Source: Chiloscyllium plagiosum | Taxonomy: Eukaryota | DNA: 64,000 nt | Assembly (NCBI RefSeq): GCF_004010195.1 | Contig: NC_057750.1 | Span: 15,432,537-15,496,536, forward strand | Direction of reading: 5' to 3' | Part shown: piece by piece, positions 49,101 through 60,986 of the stretch | Layout of the letters: each line of letters starts with the position of its first letter | Position numbering within the stretch: the first letter of the stretch is position 1 | Notes under the pieces: generated by a model | Told to the model about the DNA's origin: nothing | The model's database searches: none | The model's input: the letters and a program-made list of their open reading frames with translations, nothing else | Position numbers and translations under genes: made by a program

Positions 49101-49379
49101 TTACTGGAAGACCCTGCCCCGCCCCTGTTATGAATCAACCGGAGACTTCCACCTTTGCACACGCTGTCAGTCGCCAAGAGATCCTGCCTCTCCCTCTATC
49201 AATCACCAGGTGACACCGAGGCTGACTCTGTCCTGACTCCTGTGAGTATCACTGGAGGGACTTGGGCTCAGAGGTGTAGAGCTGGAATGGTCACTGCTGC
49301 ACATCAGGGAGGTGAAGAAGCACCTGGATCCTGGAGGCAGTGATGTAGATTAATTATATCAAAATTGGCCATAGTCAAG

Positions 49380-49900
49380 AACATAAGAGTGTGACTGCGT
49401 ATGAGGCTGCTTTGGAGGACCTGGAGCCAGTTCCTTTATCCCATACCAGACCCTTGCTCACAATGTAGCTATGAACTGCAGCAGGATGCACAAATTGACC
49501 ACAGCACCATTCAAGGGACAGGTGAAAAGGGAAATGTAGCAGTAACTGAGGAAAGCAGTTACGGGAATAAATACTATTCCATGCAGGAAAGCCAGAGAGT
49601 CCCAAAGGCTAGGTTGCCTACCCAGTGCCAGGATTCAAGATGTCTCTTCTGGGCTGGAGAGGAACTTGGAATTGGAGGGTACGAATCCAGTTATTGTGCC
49701 CGTAGGTACCAAAAGCATAGGTAGGAGTAGACCACACTACAAAGCAGAACCACAAAACTTATAAATTTCAGGATATAATCTGAGCCTCTTGCAAATTGGT
49801 CTAGGGTAAATAAGATTCAAGAGGTAAATGTGTGACTCAAAGACTGGTGTGGGAGAATTGAATTCTACTTCATGGGGCACTGGCATCAATAGTCAGGAGA
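49380..49900 (+). mobile_element. CR1 ORF1 (esterase-like) remnant
   Basis: Around 49615-49725 reads CLPSARIQDVSSGLERNLE.EG..PVIV.VGT, resembling the SGNH esterase domain of CR1 ORF1. Confidence 0.6.
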
Positions 49901-50001
49901 GAGAGAGAGCTAAAATAAAATAAATTCGGACATGTTAAGACATTGAGCTCTTCTTCCATCACCTTCACTTCCACGCCCATTTCTTTGGACAAGGCTCCTC
50001 T

Positions 50002-50249
50002 GGGTGTAAGCTTGCTCACTGAGCTGGAAGGTTCGTTTTCAGATGTTTCATCACCATACTAGGTAACATCATCAGTGAGCTTCCGGATGATTTAACCACA
50101 TAAATAGAAAGCGGGCCAAACACCAGTACTTCAGCCAGAGGCTTACTGATGATGTTACCTAGTGTGGTGTCAAACCGTCTGAAAACAAACCTTCCAGTTC
50201 AGCAAGCAAACCTACATCCAGAACCTCAACCTGAGCTACAAATCTTCTT
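50002..50249. mobile_element. Fold-back PLE terminus (family related to 6826-7175)
   Basis: Inverted arms ~50005-50077 and ~50140-50217, each with CTGATGATGTTACCTAGT.TGGTG; TSD AAGGCTCCTCT (49991-50001, 50250-50260). Confidence 0.85.
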
Positions 50250-50522
50250 AAGGCTCCTCTCTCTACCCACAGATCCCTTCCCATGTCTCCAACACTCTCT
50301 CTCCACCTAGACTCCTCCCTGTTACTTGCACTTGAATGGTTTATTGAGAACTATCAATGTGATATCAGTTGCCTTATTTTTCCTTGCCCAACACCCATCT
50401 ATTTGAACCCCTCTCCCTCTGAACTGACTGCATTTCTTGCTCCCAGGACCAACCCTGAGTTTGTACTGTACTCAAGTCTGCCAACAAGGGTTGTTGTCTG
50501 GTGTACTGACCTTTATATTGCA

Positions 50523-50632
50523 GAGGCGAAAGTGAGTACTGCAGATGCTGGAGTGTTTTGCCCGAAACATCAATTTTTCTGCTCCTCGGATGCTGCCTGA
50601 CCTGCTGTGATTTTCCAGCACCACACTCCTGA
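50523..50632. mobile_element. Small PLE terminal insert inside an older PLE remnant (~50260-50905)
   Basis: TTTTGCCCGAAACATCAATTTTTCTGCTCCTCGGATGC; TSD CTTTATATTGCA (50511-50522, 50633-50644). Confidence 0.75.
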
Positions 50633-50907
50633 CTTTATATTGCACAGGCTGAGTGCAGGCTCGTGGATACCTCTCCTATCTCCCCATGGTCCATGACCCA
50701 CCATCAAACATCAGGCTATTGTGTCCACATCCGGCACGATTTTCATTTTATCTGGGGATCTCCCCATTATAGCCTCTAAGCTCATAGTTCCCTAATGCAA
50801 CACAAAATCCATAAACAGGACAACAAAGTCAGATTCATTGTTTCTGCTTGTTCCTGCCCCTCAGAACATAGCCCTTCCTGCCTTGATTCAATGTTTTCTC
50901 CCCTTGT

Positions 50908-52356
50908 CAAGTGGAGACACAGGAGATGGGGGAGATACTAACTGAGTATTTTGCATCGGTGTTGACTATGGAGAAGGACATGGAAGATATAGAATGTGGG
51001 GAAATAGATGGTGACATCTTGAAAAATGTCCATATTACAGAGAAGGAGGTGCTGGATGTCTTGAAACGCATAGAAGTGGATAAACACACAGCACCCGATC
51101 AGGTGTACCCCAGAACTCTGTGGGAAGCTCGGGAGAAGATTGCTGGGCTCGTTGCTGAGATATTCGTATCATCGATGGTCACAGGTGAGGTGCCGGAAGA
51201 CTGTAGGTTGGTAACGTAGTTCCATTATTTAAGAAAGGTGGTAAGGAAAAGCCAGGGAACTATAAACTGGTGAGCCTGACATCGGTGCTGGCCAAGTTGT
51301 TGGAGGGAATCCTAAGGGAAAGGGTTTACATGTATTTGGAAAGAAGAGGGTGGGGTGGATGGCTGCTTTTCAGACTGGAGGCCTGTGAGCAGTGGTGTGC
51401 CACAAGGATTGGTGCTGGGTCCACTGCTTTTTGTCATTTACTTAATGTGAACATAGGAAATAGTGGACAGTGAAGAAGATTACCTCAGAGTACAACAGGA
51501 TCATGATAAGATGGGCCAATGGGCTGAGGAGTAGTAGATGGAGTTTAATTCAGATAAATGTGAGGTGCTGCATTTTGAAAAGGCAAATCTTAGCAGGACC
51601 TAGACACTTAATGGTAAGGTCCTGGAGAGTGTTGCTGATCAAAGAGACTTTGGATTGCAGGTTCATAGTTCCTTGAAAGTAGAGTCACAGGTAGATAGGA
51701 TAGTGAAGAAGGTATTTGGTATGCTTTCCTTTATTGGTCAAAGCATTGAGTACAGGAGTTGGAAGGTCATGTTGCACCTGTATTAGATATTGGTTGGGCC
51801 ACGTTTGGAATATTGCATGCAGTTCTGGACTCCTTCCTCTCGGAAGGATGTTGTGAAACTTAAAAGGGTTCAGAAAAGATTTACAAGAGTGTTGCCGGTG
51901 TTGGAAGATTTGAGCTATATAGAGAGTTGAATAGGCTGGGGCTGTTTTCCCTGGAGCACTGGAGGCTGAGAGGTGACCCAAAAAGGTATTTTAAATCATA
52001 AGGGGCGTGGATAGGATAAATAGACTGGGTCTTTTCCTTGGGGTAGGGGAGTCCAGAACTAGAGAGCATAGGTTTAAAGTGAGAGGGGAAACATATAAAA
52101 GGGACCGAAGGGACAACCTTTTCATACAGAGGGTGGTGCATATATGGAATGAACTGCCAGAGGAACTAATGGAGGTTGGTATAATTACAGCATTTAAAAG
52201 GCGTCTGAATGGGTACATGAATCGGAAGGGTTTAAAGGGATAAGAGCCAAATGCTGGCAAATGGGACTAGATTAATTTAGGATATCTAGTTGGTATGGAT
52301 GAGTTAGACCAAAGGGTCTGTTTCTGTGCTGTACATCTCTAAATCTCTGACTCTAC
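50908..52356 (+). mobile_element. CR1-type LINE ORF2 with internal deletion plus tail
   Basis: QEMGEIL.EYFASV...PDQVYPRTLWEARE; homologous to 19458-20945; canonical tail. Confidence 0.93.
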
Positions 52357-53412
52357 ATCCGTGATTCTTCTGATGCTTTCCGTCAATTTCCAAATTTGCA
52401 GTTAACGGGCACTAACCACCTCTTCTTTACCATGGACGTACAATCCCTTTCCACATCTATTGCCCAACAGGGTGGTCTCAGGGCTCTCTGCTTCTTCCTG
52501 AGAAAAGGTCTGAATCACCTCCATCCACCACCACCCTCCTCCGCCTGGCTGAGGTTATCCTCACTTTGAACAACTTCTTCAACTCCTCTCACTTTCTTTA
52601 GATCAAAGATATGGCTATGGGTACTCACATGGGTCTCAGTTGTGCCTGTCATTTTGTGAGGTTTGTGGAACATTTGTCTTTCCAGTCCTACTCAGATCCA
52701 TCTCCAAAACGTTTTCCCCAGTACACTCATTACATCATCATTGTTGCTTCCTCCTCTCCTTTGGAATTGGAAAAATTTATCAATTTCGCTTCCAATTTCC
52801 ACCCTGCTCTCTCTTCACATTGGTCCGTCTCTGACTCCTCCCTTTTCCTCCTCGATACCTCTGTTTCCATTTCTGGGATAGGCTGGTCACCATTATCCAT
52901 TACAAACCCTCCAATTCCCCCAGTTACCTGGACTATACAGCCTCACATCCTGCTTGCTAGAAAGACTATTCCATTCTCTCAGTTTCTTCATCTCCATTGC
53001 ATATGTTCTATGGTGACACTTTCTGCAGCGGGGGCTTCAGAAATGTCCATCTTTTTCCTCAGCTGTGATTCTGCCACCATGGTTGACAGGACCATCAACC
53101 GTGTCATAGAATCATAGAGTCATAGAGATGTACAGCACGGAAACAGACCCTTCGGTCCAACTCGTCCATGCTGACCAGATATCCCAACCCAATCTAGTCC
53201 CACCTGCAAGCACCTGGCCCATATCCCTCCAAATCCTTCCTATTTATATACCCATCCAGATCTGACCATTTCCCAAAGTTCTGCCCTCACTCTTTCTCTT
53301 CCCTCCCACAACACCCATGTGGTCCATCTTGTTCTCACTTTTCATCCCACCAGCATCTACATTCAAAGGATCATAAGGTGCCATTTGCACCACCTCTGTC
53401 ATGATGCCACCA
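52357..53412 (+). mobile_element. Decayed PLE reverse-transcriptase region, interrupted by a CR1 tail (53104-53262, minus)
   Basis: LFTMDVQSL, LTLNNF, MAMGTHMG, LEKFINFASNFHPAL, IPFSQFL, LVLTFHPT. Confidence 0.8.
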
Positions 53413-53414
53413 CT

Positions 53415-53545
53415 GGACATGATGTGGAGGTGCCGGTGTTGGACTGGGGTGGTCAAGTTAGAAATCACACAACACCAAGTTATAGTCCAACAGGTTTATT
53501 TGGAAGTGCAAGCTTTTGGAGCACTGCTCCTTTGTCAGGTAGCTA
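53415..53545 (-). mobile_element. PLE terminal fragment
   Basis: Same family as 6462-6663 and 43150-43235. Confidence 0.75.
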
Positions 53546-54056
53546 CATCTATCTAACATTTAAGAATTATTTTGACGTGCACTTGTGTTTCCAAGGCACA
53601 CATGACTATGGGCCAAGTGCTGGAAAATAGGATCATGTTTTTGACTGGTGTGGACATGATGGGCTGAAAGGCCTTTTTACCATGCTGGAGATTCAAAGAT
53701 CTATGGTTCTAATATAAATAAATGATTATGACTTGACAGCTATTACAGGGACATGGTTGCATGAAACTCAATACGAAAGGAACTTGCTGTTCCAGAAGAA
53801 TAGGTAAAAAAGGAAAAGGACATGAGATAACATTGTTAAGAAAGGAGAATATTGGTGCAATAGGTAAGAGTGAAATAGTGTAATAGATTGTGATGTGGAA
53901 TTTGTTTAGGTAGAAGTAAGGAATAGCAAGAGAAAGAAGTCTTGGGTGTAAATCATCTATATGCCTTGAAGAGTTGCCTCACTATAGGAAGGCATCTGGA
54001 TGGGTAGATGAACAGGAAGGGTTTAGATAGATATGGACCAAATATGGACCAAATAA

Positions 54057-54785
54057 GCCCCGGCCCTCCAACCGCCACCAGGACAGAACCCCACTGGTCC
54101 TCACCTACCACCCCACCAATCTCCATATACAGCGCATCATCCGCCGTCATTTCCGCTACCTCCAAACGGACCCCACCACCAAGGATATATTTCCCTCCCC
54201 TCCCCTATCAGCATTCCGTAAAGACCACCCCCTCCGTGACTCCCTCGTCAGATCCACACCCCCCACCAACCCAACCTCCACTCCCCGCACCTTCCCCTGC
54301 AACCGCAGGAGGTGCAAGACTTGCGCCCACACCTCCCCCCAAGGCCCCAAAGGAAACTTCCATATCCACCACAGATTCACCTACACCTCCACACANNNNN
54401 NNNNNNNNNNNNNNNNNNNNNNNNNNNNNNNNNNNNNNNNNNNNNNNNNNNNNNNNNNNNNNNNNNNNNNNNNNNNNNNNNNNNNNNNNNNNNNNNNNNN
54501 NTCTCCGTCAAATCCATCGAATTCAGCACCGCCTTCCTAACCTGCAATCTTCTTCCCGACCTCTCCGCCCCCACCCCAGTCTGACCTATCACCCTCACTT
54601 TGACCTCTTTCCACCTATCACATTTCCGACGCCCCTCCCCCAAGTCCCTCCTCCCTACCTTTTATCTTAGCCTGCTGGACAAACCTTCCTCATTCCTGAA
54701 GAAGGGCTTATGCCCGAAACGTCGATTCTCCTGTTCCCTGGATGCTGCCTGACCTGCTGCGCTTTTCCAGCAACACATTTCCAGC
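54057..54785 (+). mobile_element. 5'-truncated PLE inserted in a CR1 tail
   Basis: CNRRRCKTC; same ORF as 48001; target ATGGACCAAATA at 54044-54055 and 54786-54797. Confidence 0.92.
54691..54728 (+). ncRNA. Minimal hammerhead ribozyme motif, core intact
   Basis: CTGAAGA-A-GGGC-TTAT-GCCC-GAAA-CGTC at 54696-54723. Confidence 0.75.
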
Positions 54786-55379
54786 ATGGACCAAATATTG
54801 CCAAATGGGATTAGATTAGTTTAGGATATCTGGTCATAATGGAGGGATTGAACCAAAGGGTCTGATCTATGCTGTCTGACTCTATGACAAAGTACAAATC
54901 AAGAAATAATGGATGGGGGCAAGAAAGGCACTACAATCGACACAGGTAATTTTAATCTGCATATTTATTGAACAAACCAAATGGTCTGCCAACTGTTTGG
55001 CTGTCTTCAACAGTTATCCTCTTGCTCGGAAGTCCTTGGAGGAGGAGCATGCAGTGTCCATCAATCTTCTCAATACTTTGAGAGAGAGGTGGGCACCATG
55101 GGGGATACTGTGTTTATTTCCCCATCCAACTCAATTTTGATTATAACCCTTCCCACTCTCCCTAACCCCCTTTACCTTTGATGACTTACATTACACATAA
55201 TGGGCTTTGCTTGTAAATATTCAATTGGCGACATGGGTATTTTACTGGCGATGGTTACTAGTTTAAAATAAAAGCAAAAAGAAAGTCACGGTAATTTTGG
55301 TGGTGTGATGGTTGCTCAGTTATGTGTAATAGCACTTCTGAATAGGGAATGAAAAAGAAAAGAGACAAATCAAGGATAA

Positions 55380-58222
55380 TATGGAAAATGAATTGTCAAG
55401 TGCATTATGAATTGTTTCTTAGAACAGTCACAGAACCTACCCAGGGAAAGGCTATTTTAAATCCAGTAATGTGTAATGAAGTTGGATTAATCAGAGACCT
55501 CACAGGTAAGGATCCTCTGGGTGATACTGTTCTACCACAACATGGTAGAATTTCTAATTCAGTTTGATGGAAGGCACCTTGGATCTCAAACAGCTTCACC
55601 CACTTAAATAAGGGCAATGACAGAGGAATGAAGAAAGAATTGTCTAAGCAGGCTAAGCAGGAAAGTAGACAAAGGGAATGGTCAGTAGTTGAACAGTGCC
55701 AGACAATTAGGCAGGTATTTCATAAAGCTCAGCAAAAATTTGTTCTAGTCAAAAAGAACGACTCACTGAGAAGGGTGAAACATCTATGGTTAACAGAAGC
55801 AGTCAAGAATAGGCAATACCTTCCAAAACCATGACCACTTCAATCTAGAAGGACCAGGGCAGCAGATATGTAGGAACACCACCAGCTGCAAGTTCCCCTC
55901 CAAGGCACTCACCATCTTGACTTGGAAATATGTCACCATTTCTTTAGTGTCAAAATTCTGGAATTCGCTCCCTGAGGGCATTGTGAGTCAACCTTCAGAA
56001 TGCAGTTGTAGGCAGCAGCTCACTACCACTTTCTCAAGGACAACTAGGAACAAGCAATAAATGCTGGTCAGCCAGAAATGTCCACATCCCACGAATAATA
56101 AAAAAAAGAGCATCCAATAAGAACTAACACATAAAAAGTGATGAAAACTAATGCTGGCCAGAGGATTAAGAATTGTTGACAAAACAGCAGCAGGTAGCTA
56201 AAAAGGTAATAAAGACTGAGAAAAATGGTTCTGAAAGTAAATTGGCAGAAAATATAAAAATAGCAAGGATTTGCACAGGAGAATAGCTAAAGTGAATGTG
56301 GGAATCTTAATAATGCAACTAGGGAATTGATAACAGGGAACAAGGGCAGGGTATACAATTTAAACCAATATTTTGCATCAGTCTTCATGATGAAGAACAC
56401 TATACACATCCCAAAGCTATCAGATATGCAAGGTGCTAATGGAAACAAAGATTCATAACAGTCCCTATCATGAGGGCCAAAGTATTTGACAAACTAATGG
56501 GACTGACAGCAGACAGGACTTGATGGCCTGCCTTCAAAGCTTTTAAAGGAAGTGACTGCAGAGACAGTGAAGCTATTGTTCAAAATAGCCAGAACTTATT
56601 GCATTTAGGGAGAGTTGCAGTGGAAAATGTCTAACGTCACATGTATGGAACGAGCTGCCAGAGGAAGTAGTAGAGGCAGAAACATTACAACATTTGAAAG
56701 GCATCTGATTAGGTATATGAATAAGAAAGGTTTAGAGGGATATAGGCCAAATGCTGGCAAATGAGACTAGATTAATTTAGGATATCTGAACAGCATGGAT
56801 CAGTTGGACCGAAGAGTCTGTTTCTGTGCTGTACAACTCTATGACTCTATGTCCCTGTTCAAGAAGCGGGGGAGATAGAAATCAGGAAACCATAGCAAGT
56901 TAGCCCGACGTGTGTCATTGAGAAAAAGCTAGAGTCCATTATTAAGGAAGAAATAGCAGGAAAGCTTAACGCATTGTCAGAGTTAACATGGGTTTAGGAA
57001 ATTGAAATTATGTTTGACAAATTTGTGAGAATTCTTTGAGGTGAGGTGCATTTGGATTTTTAGAAACCGTTCGATAGAGTACTACGTAAAGGATTATTGC
57101 ATAAGATAGGACCTCATTGTATTAGGGATAATGGATTAGCATGGTTTGAGGATTGGTCAACACTTAGAAGATAGAATGTCAGATTAACGGGCCTTTTTAT
57201 GGTTGGAAAGATTTAAGTAATGGCGTGCCTAAAGATCAGTCCTAGAGTCACAATTATTTACTATCTATGTTAATAATGTGGAGGAGGTAGAGGAGAGTAA
57301 AGTATCCAAAATTCCTGATGAGACTAAAATAAGTGGGAAGGCATATTGTAATAAAGTCTGAGGATTCTGCAACAGGATATGGTTAGGTTGAGTGAGGGGG
57401 CAAAACTTGGGACTCGGTTTCGATTCCAGCCTCAGGCGACTGTCTGTGTGGAGTTTGCACATTCTCCTCATGGCTGCATGGATTTTCTCCAGGTGCTCTG
57501 GTTTCCTCCCGCAGTCCAAACATATGTAGGTTAGGTAAATTGGCCATGCTAAATTGCCCATAGTGTTTAGGGATGTGTAGGTTTGATGCATTAGTCAGGG
57601 TAAATGTAAAGTAGTAGAGGAGAATGGGTCTGGGTGGGATAGTCTTCTGAGGGTCGGTGTGGACTTGTTGGGCCAAATGGCCTGTCTCCACCCTGCAAGG
57701 ATTCAATGATTATATGAACCCTAATCTTGCCCTCCCATGAACCCTCTCGTCACAAAATCTGCCTCCTTTTAAAAACACACAATGTTTTGGCTTTTATTTT
57801 TAGCCTGTGTTGTTTTGCACAATTTAAATAGAGAGATTCCAAAAGTGTGCAGTGCAAGGGATCTAAGTGTTCTTGTGCATGAAGCACAGAAAGTTAACGT
57901 ATGAGTACAGCAAATAATTAAGAAGGCAAATGAAGAAGCTGTCATTGCTAGGGGACAGATTAAGGAACACTCATTTAAAACTAAGATTTGAAGGAATTTC
58001 TTCTCCCAAAAGATAGTAAATCTCTGGAATTCTCTGCCCCAAGTGTTGCAGAGGCTAGCTCAATTAAAGTATTTAAAGAGATGGCAGATAGATTTTTGAA
58101 ATCTTGGGAGTTGATGGCTATGATAAGCTGGCATGAAAGAGGAGTTGAGGGGTGGAGCATATCAGGCATGATATTGTTGAATGGTGAAATAAGCTCAGGG
58201 GTTGAATGGCCTTCTCCTGCTC
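55380..58222 (+). mobile_element. Old CR1-type ORF2 scaffold with nested inserts (55810-56100 LINE tail; 56640-56850 CR1 tail; SINE at 57411)
   Basis: EPTQGKAILN.VMCNE.GLIRDL; ordered decayed RT motifs through to a tail at ~58200. Confidence 0.72.
57408..57712 (+). mobile_element. HE1-like V-SINE, 5'-truncated
   Basis: GCCTCAGGCGACTGTCTGTGTGGAGTTTGCACATTCTCC...TTGGGCCAAATGGCCTGT. Confidence 0.88.
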
Positions 58223-59139
58223 CTCTTTCTGATGTTCTATGCACCCACTGTCAAGCATTAAATGTCTCCATCCTGACCTCCAGTCAATGACTCATTGGAT
58301 CTGTCTCACTCTCCTGACCCATTCAATGGCACAACCTACCTCCTGTCAATCACCATGAGGATCTGCCTCTTGATAATTACTCAATGACACGCCCTGAACT
58401 CCTGTCAATCGCCTGGAAGATGCACCATCTCTTATTGCCAATCTCAAGGCTCCACATTCTGCTTCACATTGTTTCTCTCACTCAGGATTTTGGTTCCTGT
58501 CCACTGGTGAGTCTCTGCTTGAAAGCTTGTCCCTTTCCAGGTCAATCTGGAATTCCCCTGAATTGATCTCCTGAGATTGGTGTGTCCATTATCCCAGCTT
58601 CCTCAGTGAGAGTTCTGGTGATATGTCCTTAACCCCACATTGAAGATCTTTAGAAAACAACCCTATGACTTACAAATTATACTGGCCAGCAAATTACAAG
58701 GGTAAAAACTGATGACTTAGTCAACAAGTTGTTCTGCTGAAATGGTTAATTTACTCTGTATCTGTGATTACAAATCAGAAATGGGCAATGACTGCAGGAA
58801 AACTGAAATGGTTAGAGATTGACAAGTTCTGAAAAGGAAATTAAATTAAGTTGTTTTGTTACTTTCCTCCAAGCAAATCAACAGTTCATCAAGATCTTGC
58901 GTCAGTAAACTCCAGTGTGTTACTTTATGCCTAACAAACAAATACTTTGTCAAGACTGAGCAGAAATCTGTTATTTGAGAACTCAGGAATTAGGAAGAGG
59001 AGTTGGCCATTCAACTCCTCTTGAGCTTCCTTCACCATTCAACAAGATCACAGTTGATCTGGTTTGGTCTCAACTCCACTTTCTTATCTCGCTCCCCCAC
59101 CCTAACCCTCAAATCCCTCGACCAACTCAGCCTTAAATT

Positions 59140-60285
59140 TAGTCAGTGGATGTGCTTTATTTAGATTTCCATAAGACCTTTGACAAGGTTCCCAACAGGA
59201 GGTTGCTTATTAAGACCCGTAGTGTTCGGGACAAAGTACTATCATGTATAGAGGATTGGCTGACTGGCAGAATGTAGAAAGTAGGGATAAAGGGGTCTTT
59301 TTAGGGATAGTAGCCAGTGACTAGTGGAGTTCCACAGAGATCAGTTTTGGGACCACAAATATCCACATTATACATTAATGATCTGGATGAAGGAACTGAG
59401 TGCATTGTTGCTAAATTTGCAAGTGACACAAAGATAGGTGGTTGGAAAAGTAGTGTTGAGGAAGCAGGGAGACTGCAGAAGGTCTTGGACAGGCTAGGAG
59501 AGTGGTAAAGAAGTGGCAGATGGAATACAACATGTGTGTGAGGTTGGTCGGAAGAATAGAGGCATAGACTATTTTGTAAATGAGGAACGGCTTCAGAAAG
59601 CTGAAGCTCAAAGAGTCTTAGTTCAGGATTCTCTTAAAGTTAACAGTTAAAGTTAAGAAGGCAAATGCAATGTTGGCATTTATTTCAAAAGGACTAGAAT
59701 ACCAGAACAGGGCTGTACTGCTGAGGCTGTGTAAGGGTCTGATCAGACCACATTTGGAATATTGTGAATAGTTTTGGGCCCCATTCCTCAGGAAGGATGT
59801 GTGGAGGGGTTTCAGAGGAGGTTTACAAGAATGTTCCTGGAGATGAAGGGCTTTTCATATGAGGAGCAGTTGAAGACTTTGGGTCTGTACTTGCTAGAGT
59901 TTAGAAGGATGATGGGGAATCTGATTGACAATTATAGATTACCAAAAGGCCTGGATAGAGTGGATGTAAATAAAATGTTTCCACTAGTAAGAGAGACTAG
60001 GACTCGAGGGCACAGACTCAAAGTCACAGGACGACCCTTTAGAACTGAGATCAGGAAGAATTTCTTCAGCCGGAGCATGGTGAATCTGTGGAACAAAGAG
60101 CTATGGGAGGCCAAGTCATTGAGTGTATTTAAGACAGAGATAGAGAGGTTCTTGATTTGTAAAGGGGTCAAGGGTAGGGGGAGAAGACAGGAGAATGCAG
60201 TTGAGAAACATATCAGCCATGATCAAATGGTGGAACAGACTCGCTGGGCCGAATAGCCTACTGCTGCTCCTATGTCTTATGGTTT
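59140..60285 (+). mobile_element. CR1-type LINE RT plus 3' end
   Basis: TSGVPQRSVLGPQ..TLYINDLDEG...KFASDTKIG; QRRFTRM...LGLY.LEFRR. Confidence 0.92.
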
Positions 60286-60782
60286 AATGGCTCTCTCTTT
60301 CACATCCCCTTCTGACAATGCCCCAGGTGTCATCTTCCTTTCACTGTAAGCAAAATGCTCAACCTTTTATACCCTTTCACAGGGAATGGGCTTTGTTTCC
60401 TATGTCAGCAAACACAATTCTTTTTGAGGCTTCTTTTGAAAACACGGTCCCCAGCTAGAATTAGAATTAAGTTTATTGTCATGTGTACTCAAATACAGGG
60501 TTACAGGAGAGAAAACAACAAATGCTGGAGATCAAAGCAGGTCAGGCAGCATCCATGGACAGACAGAAAGCTAACGATTCAAGCCTAGATCAGTCCAGAG
60601 GAAAGTTTACAAAGTCTCAGTTCCCGGCGCCATCTAAGGTACAAAGGTACATAGATGCTGGGCAAGCTCTCCTCTGCGATGCTGTCTCACTGCCCACCGC
60701 TAGAGTACAGCCTGGTTTACCAGACACCCTGCCACTGAACACTATCCGGGCTGACCAGCTGCCTTGCCGCAGATCACCATAA

Positions 60783-60986
60783 GGAGAAAGTGAGGTCTGC
60801 AGATGCTGGAGATCAGAGCTGAAAATGTGTTGCTGGAAAAGTGCAGCAGGTCAGGCAGCATCCAGGGAACAGGAGAATCGACGTTTCGGGCATAAGCCTG
60901 AAGAAGGGCTTATGCCCGAAATGTCGATTCTCCTGTTCCCTGGATGCTGCCTGACCTGCTGCGCTTTTCCAGCAACACATTTTCAG
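60783..60986. mobile_element. Palindromic PLE-terminus insertion
   Basis: ~80-bp inverted arms 60818-60898 and 60907-60987; TSD CGCAGATCACCATAA (60768-60782, 60987-61001). Confidence 0.9.
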
